This document shows positions 11,125 through 25,100 of a DNA stretch of 64,000 nt, one piece after another. The translations under genes and the position numbers were made by a program. Each line of letters opens with the position of its first letter. Position 1 is the stretch's first letter. The stretch lies in the NCBI GenBank assembly GCA_002269645.1, contig NIVC01000414.1:496001-560000 (forward strand). The letters run 5' to 3'. A model generated the notes under the pieces. It did no database searches. It worked only from the letters and a program-made list of their open reading frames with translations, and was not told the origin of the DNA. The stretch comes from Macrostomum lignano (lineage: Eukaryota).

Positions 11125-11755
11125 ATTGATGGAAAGGCGAGAAAATCAGCCATATAAGCTTCGACACTGCTGTCAAATGCATAGCAGTGATGGGCTGCTC
11201 AGTGCGCAGGCAGAGCCAATGCACAGTTGAGTGAAATCTATAAATAGCAATTGTCTATGCAGTCCGCCATTCAGCTAGGGTCAGAGGAATGTACACACAG
11301 CCACTGAGCATTTTTTCTCTCCCTTGCACACTGTAGCCAGTATTGAAACTTAGAGAAAAAAGTTATGGCGCAATCTCAATTGGAGTTTCAATTCAGTCAG
11401 TCGAGATTTTGACCTTGCGCCCCCCTTCGGGGTGGCCAATAAGCAAGGGACGAATCCTTTAAAATGAAAAAAAATTCTTAGGGAGGGGGGCTAGGAATCG
11501 AATTCTCATTTTAATTCCAGGCTTATGTACCAATAAAACATGTTTGTGCAGAATTTTATAACAGACATTGAAATTCAACCATACTTGCCTTCTTTCAGAG
11601 CTACTTCTACCAGTATGCTTCAGTACGCTACCAGTACCCGTGTAAGCCTTGACATGTCAGCAATCCCCCCACAAGCCTTAACATATCAACTCCCCCCTTG
11701 ACATCTCAGCGATGCTCCCATAAGCCTTGAAATCTTAAAAAATCTGTCTACTTTC

Positions 11756-11812
11756 TAACCCTAACCCTAACCCTAACCCTAACCCTAACCCTAACCCTAA
11801 CCCTAACCCTAA
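11756..11812 (+). repeat. Interstitial (CCCTAA)9 tract
   Basis: Nine perfect CCCTAA copies at 11759-11812. Confidence 0.95.
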
Positions 11813-12654
11813 AGCATTGAAATTTCAGTAATTCTCTCTAAGAGTCTATAGCACTACTACAGCATTAAAGCGATTCCCTGCAAGCCTCGACATCGTAGGG
11901 ATTCCCAAATGAATCTCTTAACTTCGACATGAAGCTTCTTTTTTTTACATTACGCTTTTTCTATCAGCGATCCCTCCCGTGAGGAGCCAACAAATAATGT
12001 AATAACTTTTTTCCAATAAACTACATGTACCTTCTGACATTAGCCTTGACATCTCATTTATTCCCCCGTGAGCCTTGACATCTCAGCTATAGATAGATAG
12101 ATAGATAGATTCCCCTCGTAAGCCTTGACATGTCAGCGATGCCCCCATAAACCTTGAAATCTAAAAAATCCCCTGTTAACCTTGAAACGCGCTAAAATCT
12201 AACCCTCAACCCAAACCTGACGTAAACCTAACTTTTACCCAACCTAAAGCCTTGAAATCACAGCAATTCTTCTTCCCTAAGCCTTGGCATTTAAGTGATT
12301 CCTTCTTTAAGAATCACAGCACTATAACGATTCCCTCCAAGCTTTGACATCGTAGCAATTCCCAAATGAATCTTTTAACTTTGACATGACTTTTATTTTA
12401 TGTATACATAGTGCTCCTTTTATTTTTACATGACTCTTCTTCTATCAGCGCCCCCCCCACCGTGGCAAGCCAACAAAGAATGCAATAAAAAACTTAAGTA
12501 AAGTACATGTACTTTGAAGTAGCTTCTGACTTTTGCTTTAACATCTCAGAAACCCCCCTGTAATCTCAGTTATTCTCTGTGAGCCTTGACGTCTCAGTGA
12601 TTCTCCCCAGCACAGCACTATAGCTTCATTTAATTTTTATGACACTTGTTTCAT

Positions 12655-13938
12655 GTCTGACATGACGCTTCTTTTGATTTTTACGTTACGCTTCTTTTAT
12701 TCTTCCATGATGCTTCTTAATTTTTTAAATGACACACTTTCATTAGTTTTTATATGAGGCTTCTATGATTTTTTCATGACGCTTCTATGTTAACATGACG
12801 CTTCTATGCTTGTTTACATGACGCTTTTATGATTGTTTACATGACGCTTTTATGATTGTTTACATGACGCTTCTATGATTGTTTACATGACGCTTGTATG
12901 ATTGTTTACATGACGCTTCTATGATTTTTTTACATGACGCTTCTATGATTTTTACATGACGCTACTATGATTTTTACATGACGCTTCTATGATTTTTTCA
13001 TGACGCTTCTATGATTTTTACATGACGCTTTTATGATTGTTTACATGACGCTTCTATGATTTTTACATGACGCTTCTATGATTTTTTACATGACGCTTCT
13101 ATGATTGTTTACATGACGCTTGTATGATTTTAACATGACGCTTCTATGATTTTTTACATGACGCTTCTATGATTGTTTACATGACGCTTGTATGATTGTT
13201 TACATGACGCTTCTATGATTTTAACATGACGCTTCTATGATTGTTTACATGACGCTTCTATGATTTTTACATGACGCTTCTATGATTTTTACATGACGCT
13301 TCTATGATTTTTACATGACGCTTCTATGATTTTTACATGACGCTTCTATGATTGTTTACATGACGCTTCTATGATTGTTTACATGACGCTTCTATGATTG
13401 TTTACATGACGCTTCTATGATTGTTTACATGACGCTTCTATGATTGTTTACATGACGCTTTATGATTGTTTACATGACGCTTCTATGATTTTTACATGAC
13501 GCTTCTATGATTGTTTACATGACGCTTGTATGATTGTTTACATGACGCTTCTATGATTTTTTATGACGCTTTTATGATTTTAACATGACGCTTCTATGAT
13601 TTTTTACATGACGCTTCTATGATTGTTTACATGACGCTTGTATGATTGTTTACATGACGCTTGTATGATTTTAACATGACGCTTCTATGATTGTTTGCAT
13701 GACGCTTCTATGATTTTTTTATGACGCTTTTATGATTTTAACATGACGCTTCTATGATTTTTTTACATGACGCTTCTATGATTGTTTACATGACGCTTGT
13801 ATGATTGTTTACATGACGCTTTTATGATTTTAACATGACGCTTCTATGATTGTTTACATGACGCTTCTATGATTTTTACATGACGCTTCTATGATTGTTT
13901 ACATGACGCTTGTATGATTGTTTACATGACGCTTCCAT
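12655..13938 (+). repeat. 21-23-bp minisatellite (ATGACGCTTCTATGATTGTTTAC), array 2
   Basis: More than 50 tandem variants. Longer and more homogeneous than array 1. Confidence 0.95.
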
Positions 13939-14094
13939 AATTTTTTTTGTCTTAGCGTTAAAAAGCTTTAATTAAAAAAACTCTACTCTCTAAAAATTCG
14001 AACCATCGTCCCTGCATTTAGCAGTTTAGTCTGTTTACCTCTAGGCTAGCTCTCATGAATTTTAGTCATTACCCCTAAATAGAAAATATTCCCA

Positions 14095-14330
14095 AGACAG
14101 CAAGCATCCCCCAGTAGCAAGCATCCCCTAATACTCCTAGCAAGCATCCACCCAGATAGCAAGCATCTGCAGATAGCAAGCATCTGCAGATAGCAAGCAT
14201 CTTGCAGATAGCAAGCATCTTGCAGATAGCAAGCATACCCCAAATAATGTAGAAGCATCCTTCCAGATAGCAAGCATCCTGCACATAGCAAGAATCCCTA
14301 AATAGCAAGCATCCCTGGATAGAAATAATC
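14095..14330 (+). repeat. AGATAGCAAGCATC-based short minisatellite
   Basis: About 10 degenerate copies of 16-20 bp. Confidence 0.8.
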
Positions 14331-14359
14331 CTATACATGTAGCCAAGCTTATCAAGCGC

Positions 14360-15478
14360 AGTAATCCTTGGCTATCGAGTGCAGTAATCCTTGGTTTATT
14401 AATAGCAATAATCCATGGCTTATCGAGTGCAGTAATTCTTGGTTTGCCAAGTGCAGTAAGTAATCCTTGGTTTATTAATAGCAATAATCCATGGCTTATG
14501 AGTGCAGTAATCCTTGGTTTATTAATAGCAATAATCCTTGGCTTATCGAGTGCAGTAATCCTTGGTTTATTAATAGCAATAATCCTTGGCTTATCGAGTG
14601 CAGTAATCCTTGGTTTAAAGCAATAATCCTTGGCTTATCGAGTGCAGTAATCCTTGGTTTAAATAGCAATAATCCTTGGCTTATCGAGTGCAGTAATCCT
14701 TGGTTTATTAATAGCAATAATCCTTGGCTTATCGAGTGCAGTAATCCTTGGTTTGCCAAGAGCAATAGTCATAGTGCAGTAATCCTTGGTTTATTAATAG
14801 CAATAATCCTTGGCTTATCGAGTGCAGTAATCCTTGGTTTGCCAAGTGCATAATCCTTGGTTTATTAATAGCAATAATCCTTGGCTTATCGAGTGCAGTA
14901 ATCCTTGGTTTATTAATAGCAATAATCCTTGGCTTATCGAGTGCAGTAATCCTTGGTTTATTAATAGCAATAATCCATGGCTTATCGAGTGCAGTAATCC
15001 TTGGTTTGCCAAGAGCAATAGTCCTTGGCTTATCGAGTGCAGTAATCCTTGGTTTGCCAAGAGCAATAGTCCTTGGTTTATTGAGTGCAGTAATCCTTGG
15101 TTTATTAATAGCAATAGTCCTTGGTTTATTGAGTGCAGTAATCCTTGGTTTATTAATAGCAATAATCCTTGGCTTATCGAGTGCAGTAATCCTTGGTTTA
15201 TTAATAGCAATAATCCTTGATTAATCAAGTGCAGTAATCCTTGGTTTGCCAAGAGCAATAGTCCTTGGTTTATTGAGTGCAGTAATCCTTGGTTTATTAA
15301 TAGCAATAATCCTTGGCTTATCGAGTGCAGTAATCCTTGGTTTATTAATAGCAATAATCCTTGATTAATCAAGTGCAGTAATCCTTGGTTTGCCAAGAGC
15401 AATAGTCCTTGGTTTATTGAGTGCAGTAATCCTTGGTTTATTAATAGCAATAATCCTTAGCTTATCGAGTGCAGTAAT
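14360..15478 (+). repeat. 48-bp minisatellite built from two related 24-bp halves
   Basis: GAGTGCAGTAATCCTTGGTTTATT + AATAGCAATAATCCTTGGCTTATC, with roughly 20+ dimers. Confidence 0.95.
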
Positions 15479-15552
15479 CTAAGTGTTTTTATTTAGTCCT
15501 TTAATAAAAGCTTTTAATAAAAAATTTTACACTACTACTTTTAAACTACTTA

Positions 15553-15610
15553 GATTCGAACCCAGGTCGCTGCATTAGCAGTCTGGTCTGCTTAGCTCTA
15601 GGCTAGCTCT
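15553..15610 (-). pseudogene. Degenerate tRNA-derived motif (related copies at ~7500-7560 and ~13995-14055)
   Basis: Minus strand TAGCCTAGAGCTAAG...CCTGGGTTCGAATC has A/B-box-like spacing. Confidence 0.3.
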
Positions 15611-18600
15611 CATCGAAGTTATCAGTGAATTTGTACCACTTATATAATTCAACACTCACACCAAGTCAGGTAGAGTAAAAAGTCACGCGAAGCAGTTATG
15701 ACATAATCAATTTCTTAGGCAAGTCAGTACCAGTGTCTATGAAAGCTAACAATATGGTTACGTAATATAAATTCAGTACTGCACTATACTTTCACACTCA
15801 AAGCTGTGACGCAATTCAATTGAGTGTCAAATTCAGCCAGTACACAGACGATAAATAAAGTGTATTGTGATGCAATCTATTTCAGAATCAGAATTCAACC
15901 AGTCAGTTTTTTCTCTAGCATTTTTACAGTGCGTTTCAAGTCGAAATAGCTGCTTGACCTTTGCAAAAAAGCATGTTTTTCGAATATTTAATCCCTTTAG
16001 CATCGAGCAATTTCTTAGCCACGATGCATGTACCGTCACGGAAAAATTTCTGATCGAATGGTGCAAGTTTGAACAAAATCGGTTGAGCCATTTTTGCTAA
16101 AATCGATCACACACACATATACCGACAGACCATTTTTAGTATATGGACGAGGCCAACTCCTCCTCTGGAGGAGAAAGGGGAAGAACTCCCATCACCGGAA
16201 TCCATTCCCTGAACTCCATCAGCTGAATCCCAAGACCCGAATCCCATCATCCAACTTTTCTCCAAATCTAAAGTTTCTCCAGAAACTGGACTCAATCGAA
16301 ATTTTCTTCGTGAAACTAAAATCCTCTCCGTGAAGCTGAACATCATCAAAATCCTCTCCGTGAAGCTGAACATCATCGAAATCCTCTCCACGAAACAGAA
16401 ATCCTCTCCGTAAAAATGAAAACATCGGAATCGTCTCCGTTTAAACTGGACTCCATCGAATTTTCTCCGTCCAACAACTCAACTCTCCAGATTCATTGGT
16501 TAGGGTTAGGGTTAGGGTTAGGGTTAGGGTTAGGGCTAGGGTTAGGGTTAGAACTACGCTCAGCTGCAAGTTAAAAGGCACCGATAAAAATATTGAATAA
16601 ATTGCATCAATTGATTGTGCAACCGATTTCACAGTCAGTCAGTATCAGTTGAAGTTGAAGTTAACAAAAAGATAGCGCAATCTAAATCAACCCTCCAATA
16701 CACAGCGATAGTAAGAATTTGAACCCTCCCCCTAACTTTGTCTATTATGTCTCGCAAAACTAAGTACAATCTTTGCAGGACCTTAAAAGTATGGAAACCA
16801 TTTTCGTAATTCTAAGCTTTCTGTTTCCATATTTAAAGCAAACAACTTACATCCCTGAACTCAGCATTAAAAGATCTTTCCAGCAATATAAGTCTCTCCT
16901 CTCAAAGTTTAAAACTCGAGGTACAGTTAGCGTTTGAAATTTACTGATTTCCCGACTGCTTGCTAGATAAGCTCGCAAGAATTTCACTGCCAAGCTAATG
17001 CACAGGGCTGCCTATGGAGAAAAAAAGGCGCCAATAATAAAACCAATTGAATCTCGGCAGTCCTATCTATCTGCTTACACTGTACAACTGCTACGTACAC
17101 TCAGCCCAAGCCCAAACCCCCATTCCGGGGAATCGTTAAATTTAATTGAACCCCCCAACACGCGGGGGGGTTTTGCATTGAACGCGGAACACGCGCACCC
17201 CCCCCCCAAAACACAGCGACCGCGGGCGGAGGTTGGGGTGGCTATTTTTACAAACAGACTGCAACCCCTCCACTGGAGAGGCAGAGTGGCCACAGAAGGG
17301 CCAAAGAAGGTTAGGAAATCAGTTTTCTGCTTTTTTAGGGATCTTAAAATATTAAAATGAAAGATTAAAATAGCTATAAACCCAATCCGGAAAATTTGCA
17401 GTTTTCCCATATAAGTTTCAACGCTGACTTGTCAGTAGTCTAGGAGAAAAATTGCAACACACATACAGACAAACAAACAACGCACCACTTTTAGTATTAA
17501 CGAGGCCAACTCCTCCGATGGAGGAGAAAGGGGAAGAACTCCCATCACCGGAATTCCATTCCCTGAACTCCATCAGCTGAATCCCAAGACCCGAATCCCA
17601 TTATCTAACTGTTCTCCAAATCCATCAAAATCCTCTCTGAGAAACTGAACACGATCGAAATCCTCTCCGCGAAACAGAAATCCTCTCCGTGAAACTGGAC
17701 TCAATCGAAAGTTTCTCCGTCAAACAACTAAACTCTCAGGATTCAGTGGTTAGGGTTAGGGTTAGGGTTGGAGCTGCACAGAGCTGCGTGTTGAAAAGGT
17801 CCGATAAAAAATGAGATAATTGAATCAAAAGATTGCGCAATTTACGCTCGTATTTCTAAGTCAGTCAGTATCAGTCTCAGTTAAAGTTAACAAAAATATT
17901 GCGCAATCTAAATCAACCCTCCATCCAATACACAGCGACCGACCCCCTTCCAATACGCAGTGGCAATTAGAAATTGAACCCCCCCCCCAACTGTTGGGGG
18001 TCAGTCGAACACCATTGAACTCCTAAAATGAGTACAATCTTTGCAATAAGTTAAAAGTATGGAAATAGTTTTTCCAATGCAGAGCATTTAGTTTTCATAT
18101 TTAAAGCAAACAATTTATATCCCCGAACTCAGCGTTGCAAGTTCTTTCCAGCAATATAAGTCTCTCCTCTCAAAGTTAAAAACTCGAGGAACAGTAAACG
18201 TTTGAAATTTCCCGATTTAAAGCATTGAGTTTACGTTCAGTGCGTGCTAAAGATGCTCGCAAGTTTATTCATTGAATTTACTGAATTACTGTCCAACAAA
18301 TACACAGGGCTGCCTATTGAAAATCAGAACATATTTTCTGATCAGAACATCGTTGCGCAATTTTCTATAGTCAGTCAGCCCGTGCGCCAAGGTAAAAGTG
18401 TACACACGCCGCCACTGAGAACGCGACCATCCCCCCACTGGAGAGAAAATACACTACAGAGATAGGAGAAAGTTGTGGCGCAATCGCTCAAAATCATGCA
18501 AATTTTCGGCTCCGAGCAGAAAAAGTGTCCAGAGAAGGTTAGGAAATCAGTTTTCTGCTTTTTTAGGGATCTTAAAATGTGAAAATAAAAAATTGAAATA

Positions 18601-21600
18601 GCCCACTGCAGTCCCCGGAAAATTTGCAGTTTCCCCATATAAGTTTCAACGCTGACTTGCAAGTATTCTAGGAGGAGTTATGCAACACACAAACAAACAG
18701 ACAAACAAACAAACAATCATCGCACCAACTTTAGTATTAACGAGGCCAACTCCTCCTTCGGAGAAGAAAGGGGAAGAACTCCAATCAGCGGAATTCCATT
18801 CCCTGAACTCCATCAGCGGAATCCCATTTTTCAACACCTCTCCGCGCAACAGAAATCGTCTCCGTGAAACTGAACACTATCGAAATCCTCTCCGTGAAAC
18901 TGAACACCATCGAAATATTCTCCGCGAAATAGAAATCCTCTCCGTGAAACTGGACTAAATCGAAATTTCTACGTCAAACGCCCAGCTCTCAGAATTCATT
19001 GGTTAAGGTTAGGGTTAGGGTTAGAGCTACACACAGCTGCGTGTTGATAGACGCCGTAAAAACATTGAACCAATTAAATTGCGCAACTTATTTCTCAGGC
19101 AGTCAGTATCAGCCTCAGTTAAAGTTAACAAAAAGATTGCGCAATCTAAATCAACCCTCAAATACACAGCAACCGACCCCCCTTCCAATACGCAGTGCAG
19201 CTAGAAATTGAACCCCCCCTCACCAACTATTGGGGGTCGGTCGAACCCCCATTGAACTCCAAAATGAGAACAATCTTTGCAGAAAGCTAAAAGTATGAAA
19301 ATCTTTTCTTGAATGCTGTGAATTTAATTTTCATATTTAAAGCAAAAAACTTATATCCCCGAACTCATCGCAGCAAGATCTTTCCAGCAATATAAGTCTC
19401 TCCTCTCTAAGTTCAAAACTCGAGCAACAGTTAGTGTTTGAAACTTTCTGATTTTAAGCATTGAAATATCGAGTGTACGTTCACTGCCTGCAACAGTGAA
19501 TTGCAATTGTCTATACAGTCAGCCCGTGCGCCAAGGTCCAAGTGCACACGAAATGATTGCGCAATCTAAATCAACCCTCCAATACACAGCGACTGACCCC
19601 CTTCCGCAGTGGCAATTAAAAGTTGAACCGCCCCCCCTCCCACCAACTGTTGGGGGTTGGTCGAACCCCATTGAACCCCAAAATGAGTACAATCTTTCCA
19701 GAAAGTAAAAAGTATGGAAGTTGTTTTCGATCGCTGTGTTTTTTCTTTTCACATTTAAAACAAACAACTTATATCCCCGAACTCAGTGTTGCAAGATCTT
19801 TCCAGCAATATAAGTCTATTCTTTTAAAGTTTAGAACTCGAGCAACAGTTAGCGTTTGAAATGTCCCGATTTAAAGCATTGAAGTATCGAGTGTACGTTC
19901 ACCTGCCTGCTAAAAAGGTCGCATGTTGATGCATTGAATTTCAGTGTGCAAAAAATACACCGGGCTGCCTAATTGAAAATCAGAGCACGTATCGTTGCGC
20001 AATTGTCTATACAGTCAGCCCGTGCGCCAAGGTCCAAGTGTACACACGCCGCCACTGAGAACGCGAGCACCCCCACTGGAGAGAAAATACACTGCAGAGA
20101 TAGGAGAAAGTTATGGCGCAATCGCTCAAAATTCATGCAAATTTTTAGCTCCAAGCAGAAAGAGGCGACAAATAAGATTATCAAAGGTCAAGATTGCAGT
20201 TTTTTGCTTTTTTCGGGATCTTAAAATGTAAAAATAAAAAATTGAAATAGCCCACTGCCATCCTCGGAAAATTTGCAGTTTTCCCATATAAGTTTCGACG
20301 CTGACTTGCAAGTCGTCTAGGAGGAGATATGTATCACACAGACAAACAACGCACCAGTTTTAGTATTAACGAGGCCAACTCCTCCTTCGGAGAAGAAAGG
20401 GGAAGAACTCCAATCAGCGGAATTCCATTCCCTGAACTCCATAAGCGGAATCCCATTTTCCAACACCTCTCCGCGCAACAGAAATCGTCTCCGTGAAACT
20501 GAACACTATCGAAATCCTCTCCGTGAAACTGAACACCATCGAAATATTCTCCGCGAAATAGAAATCCTCTCCGTGAAACTGGACTAAATCGAAATTTCTA
20601 CGTCAAATAGCCCAGCTCTCAGAATTCATTGGTTAGGGTTAGGGTTAGGGTTGACAGCTGCGTGTTGAAAGGCGCCGTAAAAACATTGAACCAATTAAAT
20701 TGCGCAACTTATTTCTCAGGCAGTCAGTATCAGCCTCAGTTAAAGTTAACAAAAAGATTGCGCAATCTAAATCAACCCTCAAATACACAGCAACCGACCC
20801 CCCTTCCAATACGCAGTGCAGCTAGAAATTGAACTCCCCCCACCAACTATTGGGGGTCGGTCGAACCCCCATTGAACTCCAAAATGAGCACAATCTTTGC
20901 AGAAAGCTAAAAGTATGAAAATCTTTTCTTGAATGCTGTGAATTTAATTTTCATATTTAAAGCAAAAAACTTATATCCCCGAACTCATTGCAGCAAGATC
21001 TTTCCAGCAATATAAGTCTCTCCTCTCTAAGTTCAAAACTCGAGCAACAGTTAGTGTTTGAAACTTTCTGATTTTAAGCATTGAAATATCGAGTGTACGT
21101 TCACTGCCTGCTAAAGATGCTCGCAAGTTTATGCATTAAAATGCACTGAATTTCACTGTGCAAAAAATACACAGGGCTTCCTGTTAAAAAACAGAACACA
21201 AATAGTTGCGCAATTGTCTATAAAGTCAGTCAGTGAGCCAGGGTTCAAGTGTACACACGCAGCCACTGAGAACGCGACCATCCCCCACTTGAGAGAAAAT
21301 ACACTGCCAAGATAGAAAAATTTTATGGCGCAATCACTAAAATTGATGCAAATTTTCAGCTCCAAGCAGAAAGAGGGGACAATTAAGATTATCAAAGGTC
21401 AAGACCGCCATTTTCTGCTTTTTTAGGGATCTTAAAATGTAAAAATAAAAGATTAAAATAGCCTAAAGCCATCCTCGGAAAATTTGCAGTTTTCCCACAT
21501 AAGTTTCAACGCTGACTTGCAAGTATTCTAGGAGGTACACAGGGCTTCCTGTTAAAAAACAGAACACAAATAGTTGCGCAATTGTCTATAAAGTCAGTCA

Positions 21601-22129
21601 GTGAGCCAGGGTTCAAGTGTACACACGCAGCCACTGAGAACGCGACCATCCCCCACTTGAGAGAAAATACACTGCCAAGATAGAAAAATTTTATGGCGCA
21701 ATCACTAAAATTGATGCAAATTTTCAGCTCCAAGCAGAAAGAGGGGACAATTAAGATTATCAAAGGTCAAGACCGCCATTTTCTGCTTTTTTAGGGATCT
21801 TAAAATGTAAAAATAAAAGATTAAAATAGCCTAAAGCCATCCTCGGAAAATTTGCAGTTTTCCCACATAAGTTTCAACGCTGACTTGCAAGTATTCTAGG
21901 AGGAGTTATCCAACAAACACACACACACACAGACAAACAACGCACCAACTTTAGTATTAAGAAGTGGAACTCCTCCTTCGGAGGAGAAAGGGGAAGAACT
22001 CCCATCACCGGAATTCTATTCCCTGAAATATCCATCAACTGAAATTCCATATCTTTAACCCTATCTTCCAAATCGTCTCCAAATTCTTTACAAAATCTTT
22101 CAAAGACCATAGCTCAAAGACTCTCAAGT

Positions 22130-25100
22130 CTCTCATATCTCCTCTCTCCTCTCTCTCATCTCATCTCTACCCCTGCTCCCTTATTTATCTCTTCTCCCTC
22201 GTCTTTCGTCTGTACCTTCTCCTGTCTTCTGTCTCCTCTCTTCACTCTTATCTCTCCCTCTTCTCTCCTCTCTCATATGTCATCTCTACTCACTTATCTA
22301 TCGTCTCTCTTAACCCTCTCTCTCTCTTCTCTTTTCTCTTCTCTCTGCTCTCATTTCTCATATTTCATATACGCTCTGACACTACTTTCTTGTCTCCCAT
22401 CTTTCTTCCTCCTTTTCACTATCCCCTGTCTCTTCTCTTCTCTCTTTTCTATTCTCTCCATTCTCTCTTTTCTCCTTTCCTTGCTCCTTTCATATCTCTC
22501 CTCTCTCCTCACTCTCTTCTCTTTCGCTTCTCTCTCTCTCTCTCCTCTCATCTTTACTACCTTATTTATATCTTCTCCCTAGTCTTTCGTCTGTACTCTC
22601 TCCTGTCTCCTCTCTCCCCTCCTCTCTCATCCTCATCTCCTCATCTCACTCTTTCTTTCTCCTCTACTCTCCCCTCTCTTCTATTGCCTCTGTACGCTCT
22701 TATCCCTCATCTATTCTCTCTCCTATCATCTCCAATCTGTCATGTCTAATCTCTCCACTCAATTATACTCTGTTTTCTATCATCTCTTCTCTCTTCTCTT
22801 TTCAGTCTTCTCTTTACTCTCTTCTCTGACTGATTGAAGATGCCAAATCCATCAAGATCCTCTCCGCGAAGCAAAAATCCTGTCTGTGCAACTAAAAACC
22901 ATCGAAATCCTCTCAGTGAAACTGGACTCCTTCGAAATCCTCTCCTTGAAACTTAAATCCATCAAAATTGTTTCCATAAAACAGAAATCAATCATAAATT
23001 ATCTCCGCGAAACAGAAAGCCTCTCCGTGAAGCTGAACATGATCGAAATCCTCTCCGTGAAACTGAACACCATGGAAATCCTTTCGTGAAACTGAACATC
23101 ATCGAAATCCTCTCACGAAACAGAAATCTTCTCCGTCAGAATTTAAACATTGAAATCGTCTCCGCTAAACTTGACTTAATCGAATTTTTTCCGTCAAACA
23201 ACTCAACTCGCCAGATTCATTAGGGTTAGGGTTAGGGTTAGGGTTAGGGTTAGAACTACGCACAGCTTCGTGTTAAAAGGCACAGATAAAAATATTGAAC
23301 TAATTGAATCAATTCATTGCGCAACCGATTTCACAGTCAGTCAGTATCAGCCTCAGGTAAAGTTAACAAAAACATTGCGCAATCTAAATCAACCCTCCAA
23401 TACACAGCAGCAGTGAGAAGTTGAACCCTCCCCCCAACAATCTTTGCAGATTAAAGTACAATCTTTGCAGAAAGTTAAAAGTATGGAAATAGTTTTTCAA
23501 ATGCTGTGCTTTTTCTTTTCATATTTAAAGCAAACAACTTATATCCCCGAACTCAGCGTTGCAAGATCTTGCCAGCAATATAAGTTTCTCCTCTCAAAGT
23601 TTAAAACTCGAGGAACAGTTAGCGTTTGAAACTGTCTGATTTATAGCATTGAAGTATCGAGTGTACGTTCACTGCCTGCTTGCAAGTTGATGCATTGAAT
23701 TTCAATGTCCAACAAATACACAGGACTGCCCATTGAAAGGCAGGAAAACTTATCAGTAGCCATATCATTGCGCAATTATCTATAAAGTCAGCCAGTGAGC
23801 CAGGGTCCAAGTGTACACACGCAGCCACTGAGAACGCTCCCACCCCCCACTGGAAAGAAAATACACTACAGAGATAGGGAAAAGTTGTGGCGCAATCACT
23901 AAAAATTCATGCATTTTTCAGCTCCAAGCAGAAAGAGGGGACAATTAAGATTATCAAAGGTCAAGATTCAAGTTTTCTGCTTTTTTGAGGATCTTAGAAA
24001 TTAAAATTTCAGAATTAAAATAGCCTATAGCCGACCTCGGATAATTTCCAATCTTCCCATATAAGTTTCAACGCTGAGTTGCCACTATTCAAGGAGGAGT
24101 TGTCGAAATGACAGACAGACAGACAGACAAACAACACGTCAACTTTAGTATATATAGACGAGTGGAACTCCTCCTTCGGAGGAGAAAGGGGAAGAACTCC
24201 CATCACCGGAATTCCATTCCCTGAAATATCCATCAACTGAAATTCCATGTCTTTCACCCTATCTTCCAAATCGTCTCCAAATTCTTTACAAACCTTTCAA
24301 AGACTATAGCTCAAAGACTCTTACGTCTCTCATATCTCCTCTCTCCTCTCTTCGCTATTATCTTGACTCTCTTCTCTCTCCTCTCTCTCTTCTCATCTCT
24401 ACTCCCTTTATCTATCTCTTCTCCCTCGTCTTTCGTCTCTACTTTCTCCTTTCTCCTCTTCTCTCTCATCTCTCATCTGTACTCTTTTTCTTTCTCCTCT
24501 ACTCTCTCCTCTTCTATTTCCTCTGTACGCTCTTATCCCTCCTCTCTTCTTTCTCCTCTTATCTCTCCTGTCTCCTCTTTGCTATCTTATATCTCCCTCT
24601 CATCTCCTCTCTTCTTTTCTCTTCTCTCTCCTTCGTTCCCGCCTTACTCCCCTCTTCTCTCCCATCTGGCATGTCTAATCTCTCCACTCATTTCTACTCT
24701 GTTTTCTATCATCTCATCTCTCTTCTCTTTTCATTCTTTTCCTTACTCTATTCTCTGACTGATTGAAGATGCCAAATACATCAAGATCCTCTCCGCGAAG
24801 CAGAAATCCTGTTCGTGCAACTGAAAACCATCGAAATCCTCTCCGTGAAACTGGACTCCTTCGAAATCCTCTCCTTGAAACCTGAATCCATCAAAATTGT
24901 TTCCATAAAACAGAAATCAATCATAAATTATCTCAGCGAAACAGAAAGCCTCTCCGTGAAGCTGAACATGATCGAAATCCTCTCCGTGAAACTGAAGACC
25001 ATGGAAATCCTTTCGTGAAACTGAACATCATCGAAATCCTCTCCACGAAACAGAAATCTTCTCCGTCAGAATTTAAACATTGAAATCGTCTCCGCTAAAC

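Larger units (their letters stand above)
11641..14050 (+). repeat. Diverged direct duplication of ~5443-7560
   Basis: Same order of AAGCCTTGACAT sub-repeats, CCCTAA tract, 23-bp minisatellite and ..CCTCTAGGCTAGCTCTCAT end. Confidence 0.9.
5339..16147 (-). mobile_element. Composite non-coding Helitron-like element(s), ~10.8 kb, filled with minisatellites
   Basis: The minus-strand 3' end is GCTCCCC-AAC-GGGGGGC hairpin (5351-5367) + 8 nt + CTAG|T (5339-5342). The minus-strand 5' end at 16147 reads TCCATATACTAAAAATGGTCTGTCGG..(TG)n. It may be several fused elements. Confidence 0.6.

Noticed and set aside
14444-15450. Repetitive ORFs in both directions (LLLINQG.., SNNPW..)
   Set aside because: They are translations of the 48-bp minisatellite.
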